From: an uncultured Spirochaetota bacterium
GTDB taxonomy: Bacteria > Spirochaetota > Brevinematia > Brevinematales > JAOACQ01
Assembly (NCBI GenBank): GCA_963783575.1
Contig: CAWAOD010000013.1
Span: forward strand, 160,001-224,000
DNA: 64,000 nucleotides
Reading direction: 5' to 3'
Part shown: piece after piece, positions 43,621 through 53,112 of the stretch
Numbering within the stretch: the stretch's first letter is position 1
Layout: each line of letters opens with the position of its first letter
The notes under the pieces: model-generated
Told to the model about the DNA's origin: nothing
Seen by the model: the letters and a program-made list of their open reading frames with translations, nothing else
Database searches by the model: none
Translations under genes and position numbers: made by a program

Positions 43621-44424
43621 ATGAAATTTATTAAAGATCAAATTATTTCTGGTACAGAAATTGATTCACAAGGTGAAAAGTTAACTATAAAAGATTTAGA
43701 TTATTTAGCTGAAATTAGTAATCCCAGAGTAAATCTAGGTCAAAGGCATGACTTATCATCAGACAATATAGGCTATATTGAAAATTTTAGAGTTGTAAAA
43801 AGTGAGAAATATTCAGATGAATATTTTTTAATTGGTGATGTATATTTTAATACAGATTCAATTGATGAAGCTCTCAATGGTTTTAGCTTTTCGTTAACAA
43901 AAGTTATTTATGGTGATGCTTCAAAAGAAGCATTATCTGTGTTTATACCATATCCTTATTATAATAAGGATGATTTATTAAAAGATATATATAATAATGA
44001 TTCAAATATAATAGTTGGGAAGTGGATTAAAAAAGAAGCCGATCCTTTATCAATAATACTAATATTAGTTAATTTCCTTTTAAAACCTGTATGGGATTCT
44101 GTCTGGAAAGATAAAATTTATCCAATTCTTATTAAAAATATTAATCAAATAAATAAACTAATGAATAGTACTAATAAATATAATATTATCCAAATTTGTT
44201 TTAATAAATATAAATTCTTAGTTTATTTTATTCCTGACAATGATAATAGTCCAGAGTGTTATCTTGGAGTTAAATTATCTGATGCTATTAACAGAGCTTT
44301 TGAATTCTCAAAAAAATATGATAATATTTCTAAAATTAAATTTTTGTTTGATACACCAACAAAACAATATATACCTTTTATGATTGAACTAAATAATGGA
44401 GAATTTATTAATATACTAAGATGA
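43621..44424 (+). CDS. Cassette gene: prohead-protease-like domain + hydrophobic segment, function unknown
   Basis: SGTEIDSQGE, HD....IG and GFSFS motifs; DPLSIILILVNFLL hydrophobic stretch. Confidence 0.7.
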   Translation: MKFIKDQIISGTEIDSQGEKLTIKDLDYLAEISNPRVNLGQRHDLSSDNIGYIENFRVVKSEKYSDEYFLIGDVYFNTDSIDEALNGFSFSLTKVIYGDASKEALSVFIPYPYYNKDDLLKDIYNNDSNIIVGKWIKKEADPLSIILILVNFLLKPVWDSVWKDKIYPILIKNINQINKLMNSTNKYNIIQICFNKYKFLVYFIPDNDNSPECYLGVKLSDAINRAFEFSKKYDNISKIKFLFDTPTKQYIPFMIELNNGEFINILR

Positions 44425-44437
44425 ACAGCATCACTTC

Positions 44438-44593
44438 GTACAACGGCTATGTAGAAAAAGCTTATTTCAGAAAATAACCTTCCCTTCTCAAACAACCTGT
44501 AATGGTTTTTGCCCTTAAGCGGGATGAGAGATGCGGGGGAGTTTGAAGGAGATGGCTGGAGGGCTTGGGTAGTTCGGATATTTCGAGTAATAC
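44438..44593 (+). repeat. attC-like repeat, type A
   Basis: GTACAAC...GTAATAC, long imperfect hairpin with CCCTTAAGCGGG apex. Confidence 0.85.
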
Positions 44594-44655
44594 GAAATGC
44601 TGAATTATTTGAAGATAAATACACACAAATCTTTACGGATTATATGGAGATAAAT

Positions 44656-45462
44656 ATGATTGAAAAAGATAAGTATGAAAATTTATTAAATAATTTTGAT
44701 TTAGGGGCATCAACTGCAGAAAATGATCCACTTTTGGAGGCTGCCAAAATTGAGACTCAAGAATTCTATGATTTATATTGGAAAGATCGTATTGATATAA
44801 TTAAGGGAATAAAAGGTTCAGGAAAGACTGCATTATATAGACTATTATTTTTTATAAAAGATTATTCCATAGAAAAGAAAAATTTATTTTGTATCTTTGG
44901 TATTGAAGCATCAGGTGATCCGGTATTTCGTTTATTTTATCAAGAATTCGAGAATTATACTGAGATTGAGTTCGAAAATTTTTGGAATATTTATTTTATC
45001 CTTTTAATAAATAATTTGATTGAAGAAGATAGTTCATTAAAAGATAAGCTAAAACTTGATAAAGATATTATAAAAAAAATAATAAATTCAATGGGAATAA
45101 AAATAACAAAAAATCAATATTCTTTGAAGGATTCAATAAGTGGAATACAAATATTATTTAATTCAAAATTAAAATTTGGGGTAAAAACAGATATAGATGA
45201 AAATCTATTACCAAAATCTGTTACTCCATTAATTGAAATTGAACCTCATATCCTTGAAACCATTAAAATAAAACCTATTTATATTACTGAATTTAAAGAA
45301 AAAATTACTAAAATATTAAGTAAACATGATATTAAGATATGGATTATGCTTGATCGTTTAGATGAAGTTTTTCCACATCGCAGTCATATTGAGAAAAGCG
45401 GTTTAAAAAGTCAATCAGATTATCACTTCATTATATCTTACTTTATCAAACATGCTTACTAA
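44656..45462 (+). pseudogene. P-loop ATPase cassette (Sll1717/FunZ-like), truncated after Walker B
   Basis: DLG...AEND, GIKGSGKT Walker A, WIMLDRLDE Walker B; runs into unrelated sequence at ~45410; GGAG RBS before ATG 44656. Confidence 0.65.
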
Positions 45463-46183
45463 TTCACAAATAATTCAAGTCTGGACAAATAGTTATACTT
45501 CAAATGTTATAACCAATGTACTTACAAATATTGCTGGAACTGGAACAGCCCCAATTTGGCAGACAGTATTTTTTGATGATTTTAATAGAGCGGATGGAAA
45601 TTTGGGTGTAAATTATATCCTATCTAATTCAAACTCAACAACATCACTTTTAAGTAATATGGTCTTTGTTGAAAATACAAATTATGTTTATGGTTCAGGT
45701 AACAATTCTTATTATATTATTTTATATTCTCAGCCAATTACAAATAATAGAATTCGCTTATCATTTAAACTTAAAACTTTATCATTCGATGGGAATGGAT
45801 TTAATATCGGTTTGGGAAATGGTAATAGAGGACAATATGATATATTAGGAATGACTATTATTGGTTCTGGATTTACACCATTTGGATTAAATCCAGGTTT
45901 ATTTTTAGGTGGAACAGGTAATTATACAAATATGGCTTTTCAAACATTGCCTAATACTTTTTATAAGCTAATATTAGAAATTAATAGAAGTTCATCTAAT
46001 CTGATTGGTGAAATAAAAGATGATTCTGATAATAGTATAGTTTTGGGTTCTGTAACATTAACTAATCAAACTTTATTAAGTATATTAACAAATAATTTAG
46101 TAACATTAAGTTTTATGTACCCTGGTAATGTTACAAATTATCAGATTTATTATGACGATTTCAAGATCGAAAAGTTTGAATAA
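45407..46183 (+). pseudogene. Probably 5'-truncated Thr/Asn-rich exported protein
   Basis: Frame open from 45407, no signal peptide or RBS; FFDDF...YYDDFKI beta-sandwich-like ends. Confidence 0.5.
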
Positions 46184-46283
46184 ATTAGTATATTTTCTTT
46201 AATTTGTTGTCTAATTTAGAATAAACTAAAGCCATTTGATGGACGTTTCAAACGGCGTCCTGCCGTTTTTATACCGACAATGC

Positions 46284-47628
46284 GGTAGTGTCAAGGATTT
46301 TGCGCACATTTTATAACCCTCAATCTGACAATGAATTATGAAACTCTTTCATTCGTTTGAATATCATTCATCAATTCCATATTCAAATACTTCTTCTCAC
46401 TCCAGACCGAACCCGCAATATGCCTGAGCCTGGCAGCTACCAACATCAATGCCGATTCTCCATCAGGAAAAGCTCCTACAACCCTTGTTCTTCTACGGAT
46501 TTCTTTCATTATCCTTTCAAGGCCATTATTGGTCCTGATCCTTTTCCAATGTTCAACCGGAAAACTATAATACGAAAGTGTTTCTTCAGTTCCGGTTTCT
46601 ACCAATTCGGCAGCTTTAGGCAATTTCATTTCCTTTAACTTTGAAACCACCATACTTTTCTTTCTCCTGGCTTCTTCAATGTCCTCCTGCGCATGGATCG
46701 CTTTTAGCATCGTCGCTACTTCTTTCACTTTGCCCTGCGGTACTAAACTAAAAACATTTCGGTAAAAGTGTACTACACATCTCTGCCATTTTGATTTCGG
46801 ATAGAAGTCAGGTATGATCTCAACCAAGCCTAATACTTTGTCCGATACAATCAGCTCTATGTTTTTCAGACCTCGCTCCTTCAGGTATTTCAGAAAATTA
46901 TTCCAGCTGTCTTTATCTTCCTTTGCTCCTTCTGCTACACCAATTATCTCCCTGAAGCCTTCTTCATTAACTGCTATTGCTACTAATACCGAGACATTTT
47001 TAACCTCACCTCCCCACGTCCGCTTGAGCCATATCCCATCCATATATACATACGCGTAATGACCTTTTATTGGTTCTTTCCGCCATTTATCTATTTCATC
47101 ATATATCTTTTTATTTAGGTTACTAATGGTGCCGGGTGATACCTTTGTTCCCCATAATGCTTCTGTGATATCTTCAACCCTCCTTACAGACACGCCCGCC
47201 AGATACATCTCAATTAATGCTTCTTCCACCGATATCTCACGCCTTTTATATCGCTCAATAATCGCTGTTTCAAATGTCACTTTCCGTAGCTTGGGAATTT
47301 TCAATTTGACTTCACCGGCTCTTGTTAATAGTTTTCTCTCGTAATGTCCGGCTCTGTTACCTTTCCGCTGATCGTTTCTCTCATATTTCTGTGCATTACA
47401 TAGACTATCTGCTTCAGCGTCCAGCATCGCGTTTAATGTTTCTTCAACTGTTTGTCGTACAAATTTTCCCAGATGATCTTTGACTTTTTCCTCGTTAATT
47501 TCGATAATATTATCAGTCATATTAAGTCCTCCTTCTGACTTTTTGGTTTTTGGTCGAACCTTAATATCGTCAGATTGAGGACTTTTTTTTATCCCTTTTT
47601 AAAATGTGCGCAAATATTATACGTTATC
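46284..47628 (-). mobile_element. IS256-family insertion sequence
   Basis: Imperfect terminal IRs sharing TTTGCGCACATTTT; encloses the transposase; no target duplication seen. Confidence 0.9.
46336..47520 (-). CDS. IS256-family (Mutator) transposase
   Basis: EMYLAGVSVRRV, YMDG, VSD..LGL, QRC.VHF.RN, RTNN.LER. Confidence 0.95.
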   Translation of the reverse strand: MTDNIIEINEEKVKDHLGKFVRQTVEETLNAMLDAEADSLCNAQKYERNDQRKGNRAGHYERKLLTRAGEVKLKIPKLRKVTFETAIIERYKRREISVEEALIEMYLAGVSVRRVEDITEALWGTKVSPGTISNLNKKIYDEIDKWRKEPIKGHYAYVYMDGIWLKRTWGGEVKNVSVLVAIAVNEEGFREIIGVAEGAKEDKDSWNNFLKYLKERGLKNIELIVSDKVLGLVEIIPDFYPKSKWQRCVVHFYRNVFSLVPQGKVKEVATMLKAIHAQEDIEEARRKKSMVVSKLKEMKLPKAAELVETGTEETLSYYSFPVEHWKRIRTNNGLERIMKEIRRRTRVVGAFPDGESALMLVAARLRHIAGSVWSEKKYLNMELMNDIQTNERVS

Positions 47629-47812
47629 AAGAGGCTACGGCTGCGGTGCTCGGGTTCGCCCGTTAAAGTATTATTTTTAGAGGTAATTTTCAGAATGACA
47701 CATTATTTGGTGTATAGAGAAAATATTATTAACGGGCTCACCAAACCCGCAAACCTAAGCGCGTGGAGCTGGCGCTAAGGTTTGCGGGCTTCGTATAGCC
47801 ACACCGTTGTAC
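47629..47812 (+). repeat. attC-like site, type B (left end lost at the IS256 junction)
   Basis: Nested hairpins CCCGTTAA..TTAACGGG and CCCGCAAACC..GGTTTGCGGG, ending in GTTGTAC. Confidence 0.7.
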
Positions 47813-47902
47813 GCAATTTTACACGATTTTATTTTTAAAGTTATAAAGATATTTTTTTATAAAAGTTTATCTTTTAATAATTATTTTGTTAGGAGAAACG
47901 AT

Positions 47903-48292
47903 ATGTGGTTATTTATCATTGTAACAATTATTTCATGGATTATTTTAACCTTATTAAGAGTTGGCCTCCATCTTACACTTGCCAATGGATTTAAAATTAA
48001 ACTTGCTAATGGTCATTGGATTTATCTTATTCCACAAATAATTTTGATAATTATTTATTCTTACATAATAGTTATTTTATTCCATAATTTTGATGCAATA
48101 TATTTTTTTATTATGGGTTTAATTTGGCTTGTGCTTGTATTGTGCTTTGAATTTATTGGAACATTAATTATCCAAAAAAAGAGTTTAGAAGAATTATTTG
48201 AAGGTTGGAAGATATGGAAAGGACATATATGGACTTTGGTATTGCTATCACATTTAATTATTCCTTTTATTATTAAAGAGTTTCTTAAATGA
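47903..48292 (+). CDS. Cassette gene: small multi-TM membrane protein
   Basis: AGGAG RBS, about four hydrophobic segments, bounded by complementary cassette ends. Confidence 0.75.
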   Translation: MWLFIIVTIISWIILTLLRVGLHLTLANGFKIKLANGHWIYLIPQIILIIIYSYIIVILFHNFDAIYFFIMGLIWLVLVLCFEFIGTLIIQKKSLEELFEGWKIWKGHIWTLVLLSHLIIPFIIKEFLK

Positions 48293-48326
48293 TGTTTTGC
48301 TCTATGCATGATTTGTGCAAAACTGC

Positions 48327-48484
48327 GTACAACGGTCTTGTAGAAAAAGTTAATTTCAGGTAATAATCTTCCCTTTCCAAACAGTATGTTTGTTTTTACC
48401 CTTAGGCGGGAGGAGAGACGGGGTTTGGCTTAAATGAGAAAGCGGGGGGCGAGATTTGCGAAGATTGTATATCCCGAGTTATAT
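48327..48484 (+). repeat. attC-like repeat, type A
   Basis: GTACAAC...GTTATAT with the conserved core. Confidence 0.85.
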
Positions 48485-48575
48485 GCAATGCCGGATCAAA
48501 GTCGTAAATTAATATAGCCCCGATATCCGTACCGGTGTATAATGTGCCCTGTTTTATTTCAGATAGGAGAAATTT

Positions 48576-49478
48576 ATGGGAAATGATATTACAAATGGTA
48601 GATTGAAAAATAAAAATATTACCATTTTTCTGCTCTCAATAATAGCCATTTTTCTTATATTAACCATTTCGATAGCTGGATTTGTTTTAGATGATGGTGG
48701 TAAATCGTATTATTTTTCTTCTTTAAGAGGGGAAAAAGTTGAAATATATGGCGGTCATGGTCTCTATCAATATGATAGTGTTCTTAAAGCAGTAGAGTTT
48801 AAAGGATACAACTGGATTAATATAATTATTGGTTTACCATTATTTGTGTTGGGATTATATTTATTCCATCAAGGCAACTTTAAAGGACAATTAATTCTTA
48901 CAGGTCTTTTTACCCATTATGCCTATAACTATTTAATTGGTGTGATGGGTAATGCTTTTAATATTATGTTTTTAATTTGGACAGCATTATTTTCATTATG
49001 CATATTTGGATTATTTTTTATTTTAAAAAACATTGATTTTAAAACATTACACAATAAATTAGAAAAGAGTTTCCCCAGAAAAAGTCTTTCTATATATATA
49101 ATAATATTTGGTTTATTATTTTATATTCTATATTTACCAAATATTTTAAATTCTTACATAAATGGTAATCCACCAACATCATTAGAGATTTATACAACTC
49201 TTGAACTGGCTTCTTTAGAAATGGGAATAATGGCGCCACTAAGCATTATTGGCGGAATACTTTTATTTAAAAAAATTGCTGCTGGTTATATAATTGTATT
49301 AACTTTAATTTTTACTTCTATTATGACCTTTTTATCTTTAAGTGTTTCTGCTTTATTTCTTTATTTCTTTTATCATAAAGGGGCTTTTAATTTTCAATTT
49401 ATTTTATTATCGATAATTTCAATTGCTTTTATCTCAATAAGTTATAAAAATATCAAGGGAGAAGATATATCCTTATAA
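48576..49478 (+). CDS. Cassette gene: polytopic membrane protein
   Basis: AGGAG RBS, multiple TM segments, S.RGEKVEIYG.GLYQYDS loop. Confidence 0.75.
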   Translation: MGNDITNGRLKNKNITIFLLSIIAIFLILTISIAGFVLDDGGKSYYFSSLRGEKVEIYGGHGLYQYDSVLKAVEFKGYNWINIIIGLPLFVLGLYLFHQGNFKGQLILTGLFTHYAYNYLIGVMGNAFNIMFLIWTALFSLCIFGLFFILKNIDFKTLHNKLEKSFPRKSLSIYIIIFGLLFYILYLPNILNSYINGNPPTSLEIYTTLELASLEMGIMAPLSIIGGILLFKKIAAGYIIVLTLIFTSIMTFLSLSVSALFLYFFYHKGAFNFQFILLSIISIAFISISYKNIKGEDISL

Positions 49479-49548
49479 AATTGTAAATAAAGGAATTAAG
49501 AATCGCCATCCGCGGCTTAGATATTATACTGAAAGTTCGATCCGGCCA

Positions 49549-49694
49549 TGACAACGGCCCTGTAGAAAAAGTCTAATTTCAGGTAATAATCCTCCATTTC
49601 CAAACAGTCTGTTTGGTTTTTGTACTTAAGCGGGATGAGAGACGCGGGAGTGGTTTTGGGGAGTTCTGATATTTTGTATTGTTTGCCATTGTAT
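49549..49694 (+). repeat. attC-like repeat, type A
   Basis: TGACAAC...ATTGTAT with the conserved core. Confidence 0.85.
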
Positions 49695-49780
49695 GGCGGC
49701 TTTTAATAATTTCAGTTTTTATGATTTAAAATTGTAAAATTATTATTGATTTAATTACAGCTCATATTTATAATTAAGCT

Positions 49781-49990
49781 ATGGAGGGATTCATGGATAC
49801 AATTACAAGAGAAAAATCAGATTTAATGGAAATAATAAAAGATTTTCCTGAAAACAAACTTATTGAGTTATTGGATTTTGCTCAATTTTTAAAATTAAAG
49901 AAACAGGTTGAAAACCAAGTAAATCTAACATCATTTAATGATAAAATTATTAAAGAAGATAAAAATCTATTAACTAGATTAGCTAAATGA
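49781..49990 (+). CDS. Probable antitoxin
   Basis: Small ORF coupled to doc (ATGA overlap), ends LLTRLAK; own promoter TTGATT-17-TATAAT at 49746-49774. Confidence 0.75.
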   Translation: MEGFMDTITREKSDLMEIIKDFPENKLIELLDFAQFLKLKKQVENQVNLTSFNDKIIKEDKNLLTRLAK

Positions 49991-50364
49991 TTAAGATTGA
50001 AGAAGTTATCGGTATACAAGAAAAACTGATCGAAAGCTTTGGTGGAATTAAAGGTTTAAGGGATTTGGGTTTACTTGATTCTGCTTTAAATCGTCCTTTC
50101 ATAACATATGAGCAAAATGATCTTTATGATTCTATTTTTGAAAAAGCCAGTATTTTGATTCTTGGAATAATACAAAATCATCCATTCATTGATGGGAATA
50201 AAAGAATTGGTTATTTTGTATTTAGGGCTTATTTATTATCGCAAGGATATGATATAAAAGCGAATGAAGATGAAAAATATGATTTTGTTATAAAAATTGC
50301 TAAAGGGGATTTATCTTATTCGGATATATTAAAATGGTTAAATAAACATAGTATTGAAGCATAA
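49987..50364 (+). CDS. doc: Doc/Fic-family toxin
   Basis: GLRD.GLL.SA..RP and HPFIDGNKRIG Fic motif. Confidence 0.92.
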   Translation: MIKIEEVIGIQEKLIESFGGIKGLRDLGLLDSALNRPFITYEQNDLYDSIFEKASILILGIIQNHPFIDGNKRIGYFVFRAYLLSQGYDIKANEDEKYDFVIKIAKGDLSYSDILKWLNKHSIEA

Positions 50365-50371
50365 ATGTGCC

Positions 50372-50468
50372 ATACAACGGCATATAACGGCGGCTATAAT
50401 GCCTCATGCTTGCTCGCTTAGTCCCAGGCATGTCAGGGCTTCACATGTTTTGGTTTTTGCCCTCAAGC
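50372..50468 (+). repeat. Left half of an attC-like repeat interrupted by IS21
   Basis: ATACAAC start, ends ttggtttttgccctcaagc; continues at 53007. Confidence 0.75.
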
Positions 50469-50585
50469 TGGAAATGTCAAGAGTTTTTCCCATATCTGCG
50501 CTCGGGTAATTTCCCACCCCTTCCACAAGAGTTTTCCCCATACCTTCCACGTGAGTATTTCCCATAGTGAGGAGGCAAAGAATGG

Positions 50586-51335
50586 TTACTCAACCTCCTT
50601 ATTCAAATTTTGTATTCTGTAAGATTCTCCGCTCAAGTTATAAATATTTGAATGATGTAAAAGCCTATCCAGAAGAGCGGTTGTCATAATCGGGTCTCCC
50701 ATCATTTCAGCCCAATCCTGAAATCCCTTATTCGATGTTATCACAATTGATGTCTTTTCATACAATTCACTTACAAGACTAAAGAATAGATTTGCCTCCT
50801 TCTTTTCGATAGGTGTGTAACCTATCTCATCAATGATTAATAAGTGTGACTTCATCATCCGGTTCAGCCTGAAAGCAGAGCTTCTCTGGATGTCCGCCGT
50901 TTTCAGAAACTTAATGAGAGTAGTCATCCTTTCAAAGCAGACAATATATCCCTTTTCAACTGCCCGGATTCCGATACTAATTGCCAGATGCGTTTTCCCC
51001 AGCCCCGGAGACCCAAAGAACAACAGGTTATGATGATTATCAATCCAGCAGAAATCCAATAGCTGTGAAACATCCATTTTAGATATTCCATTCACTTTTT
51101 CAAAATTAAAACCTTCCACATCTTTGCGGACCGGGAAGTGTGCTCCTGCCATATTCCGCTGAAAACGTTTTTCCACTCTATAATTCAATTCCAGAGAAAG
51201 CAGCCTCTGCAGAAAACTCAGATAAGACTCTTTTGCCTTTTCAGCCTCACCAATTTCCTCATCAATCCGTTTTATCATACCCTTCAACCCGAGAGTTGTA
51301 AGCGCAGTTATGATTTGTTCTCTTATCTTCAACAT
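50586..51335 (-). CDS. istB: IS21 helper ATPase IstB
   Basis: GSPGLGKTHLA, LLIIDEIGY, ITSN, LLDRLLHH. Confidence 0.95.
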   Translation of the reverse strand: MLKIREQIITALTTLGLKGMIKRIDEEIGEAEKAKESYLSFLQRLLSLELNYRVEKRFQRNMAGAHFPVRKDVEGFNFEKVNGISKMDVSQLLDFCWIDNHHNLLFFGSPGLGKTHLAISIGIRAVEKGYIVCFERMTTLIKFLKTADIQRSSAFRLNRMMKSHLLIIDEIGYTPIEKKEANLFFSLVSELYEKTSIVITSNKGFQDWAEMMGDPIMTTALLDRLLHHSNIYNLSGESYRIQNLNKEVE

Positions 51336-52882
51336 TGCCGGCCCCCGATGGAGTCACAGAAACTCTGGTATTTCCCGATGTCTGATTTAGCTACTTCAAG
51401 ATAGTGTTCAGGATTCACTGAAGGCCTGACAATCTTTTCAACATTCAAGGGTATTTCTGCCTTTTCTGTTATAAAACAGTTCAGGTAATTATCCCACAAA
51501 TCCTTCATGGAATAACTATCACTCTCCAGGCAGTTTGAGATCGCTTGTGTAAGCTTCCCGGTATCAATTATCTTGTCCCTGAAGTATTTTCTTCCGGAAA
51601 GACATTGGTCCCTTACATAACGATTGAACTTCCTGAAATTACATTCAAGAAAATCCTTCCAGCCGGGAATATCAAAGTACCCGCTTACTTCTTCTTTCAA
51701 TAACTGCACAGTCTTTCCCATTTCCCGGATCATTGACCTGTTGGTTACAATCTGCCCCGGAATCACTGAAAGCCGGTATTCGGCGATTTGCTCTCCCGTT
51801 ATCCTGTCAAAGACAAAAAGCCGACTGCCCGTCTTGTAGATGTCCACCGAACCGTTCCTGTATTTTTCGGGAATATCATACTGGCTTGCATCAACTGCGA
51901 TCCGGCATTTATCGCTTACACTGCGCTCTTCCCTTGCTCCTATCCTGTCTTTACGGAATATCGAATTCCTGACAGATTGGAGATATGGTCTTTCCGTTTC
52001 AATCTCTATCAGTGGTATTTTCATTGTAGCCTGGGATATTCTCCCGTTGGCTTTTCTTTCCAGCCATTTCATCAGGCTTTCTTCCGCTTCCATTAAACTG
52101 TTGAACTCCCGGACTGAGAAGAAACCGTGCTTGATGAATTTGACTACGTTTTCAATCTTTCCCTTACTTTCCGGGTCAGCAGGTCGGCACACATACATTT
52201 TAAGACCCATTTCCCCGATGAAATACTGAAAGTCTTTCGTGTAGATGATATCGCCTGAGTTCTCACTCGCAACCATCGTGCAGTCCTGATCGATGACAAG
52301 TTCATGCGGTATCCCGCCCATATATGCGAAACAGTCCAACAGATGATTGATAAGGTCTTCTGTCCGGAATGGCCTCTCCTGGAGGGCCGCATACTTAAAA
52401 CGACTGGCGGATAACACCGCGGCAAATATGTAATACCTTCTGCCATATCTGTCGGTATATTGACCGAAATCAAGCTGGAGCTGCTTTCCATATGGCATGT
52501 CAGGCACTTTTGTGTAATACCGTCGCTTTTCATTCAAGGTAAGCTGCCCGCTTTCAATCAGGTAATGTACGAAATTCCTCATCGTATTTTCATTCGCCGG
52601 TAGTTTGCCTTTTACCTCCAATAAATAGTCATACAAAGCAGACATATTCAGCCGGATGTAATCATTCTTTTCATATACTTTCAATATGTCTGTTTTTATT
52701 CCTTCGAATTCTTTTTCACGGAAAGAGAATTCCATCAGGCTTTTCTGGTATTCGGAATCGTTCATAGCCCAATATTTTCGGACTGTCTTAATATCTATTG
52801 ACAGTTCCCGGGATACACCATTTTTACTTTTCCCCAAAAGTTTCAGTTTTTTTATGTCCTGATACATAATATTTTTCACCAT
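51329..52882 (-). CDS. istA: IS21 transposase IstA
   Basis: N-terminal HTH, QLDFG, GGIP.ELVID, P.SKGKIE. Confidence 0.93.
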   Translation of the reverse strand: MVKNIMYQDIKKLKLLGKSKNGVSRELSIDIKTVRKYWAMNDSEYQKSLMEFSFREKEFEGIKTDILKVYEKNDYIRLNMSALYDYLLEVKGKLPANENTMRNFVHYLIESGQLTLNEKRRYYTKVPDMPYGKQLQLDFGQYTDRYGRRYYIFAAVLSASRFKYAALQERPFRTEDLINHLLDCFAYMGGIPHELVIDQDCTMVASENSGDIIYTKDFQYFIGEMGLKMYVCRPADPESKGKIENVVKFIKHGFFSVREFNSLMEAEESLMKWLERKANGRISQATMKIPLIEIETERPYLQSVRNSIFRKDRIGAREERSVSDKCRIAVDASQYDIPEKYRNGSVDIYKTGSRLFVFDRITGEQIAEYRLSVIPGQIVTNRSMIREMGKTVQLLKEEVSGYFDIPGWKDFLECNFRKFNRYVRDQCLSGRKYFRDKIIDTGKLTQAISNCLESDSYSMKDLWDNYLNCFITEKAEIPLNVEKIVRPSVNPEHYLEVAKSDIGKYQSFCDSIGGRQC

Positions 52883-53006
52883 TCCTGCCTTCCTTTAATG
52901 AATTTTCATTAAAGGTAATCTTCAAGCCTCTCTATGGGAAATCTGTTTGTGACAGGTATGGGAATTTCATTTATTGCTACCCTGGTAAATTAGTTTATCA
53001 TTTCCA

Positions 53007-53087
53007 CAAGCGGGATGAGAGACGCGGGGTGGGTTGAAGGAGATGGAGGGGAGTGGTTTTGGGGAGTTCTGATATTTTGAGGTGTAT
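53007..53087 (+). repeat. Right half of the attC-like repeat interrupted by IS21
   Basis: caagcgggatgagagacgcgggg...gaGGTGTAT matches type A right arms. Confidence 0.85.
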
Positions 53088-53112
53088 AAAATAACCTTGC
53101 AAAGGAGAATCT

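Larger units (their letters stand above)
50469..53006 (-). mobile_element. IS21-family insertion sequence
   Basis: TGGAAATG...CATTTCCA ends, CAAGC duplication (50464-50468 and 53007-53011), subterminal TTTCCCA repeats, istA-istB. Confidence 0.93.

Noticed and set aside
42597..44424. Prophage head module
   Set aside because: No terminase, portal or capsid genes; the genes are bounded by attC-like repeats.
44509..44655. N-terminal extension of the ATPase ORF, and similar ORFs at 44259, 52990, 53524 and 53580
   Set aside because: They are translations through the attC-like repeat, not genuine coding sequence.
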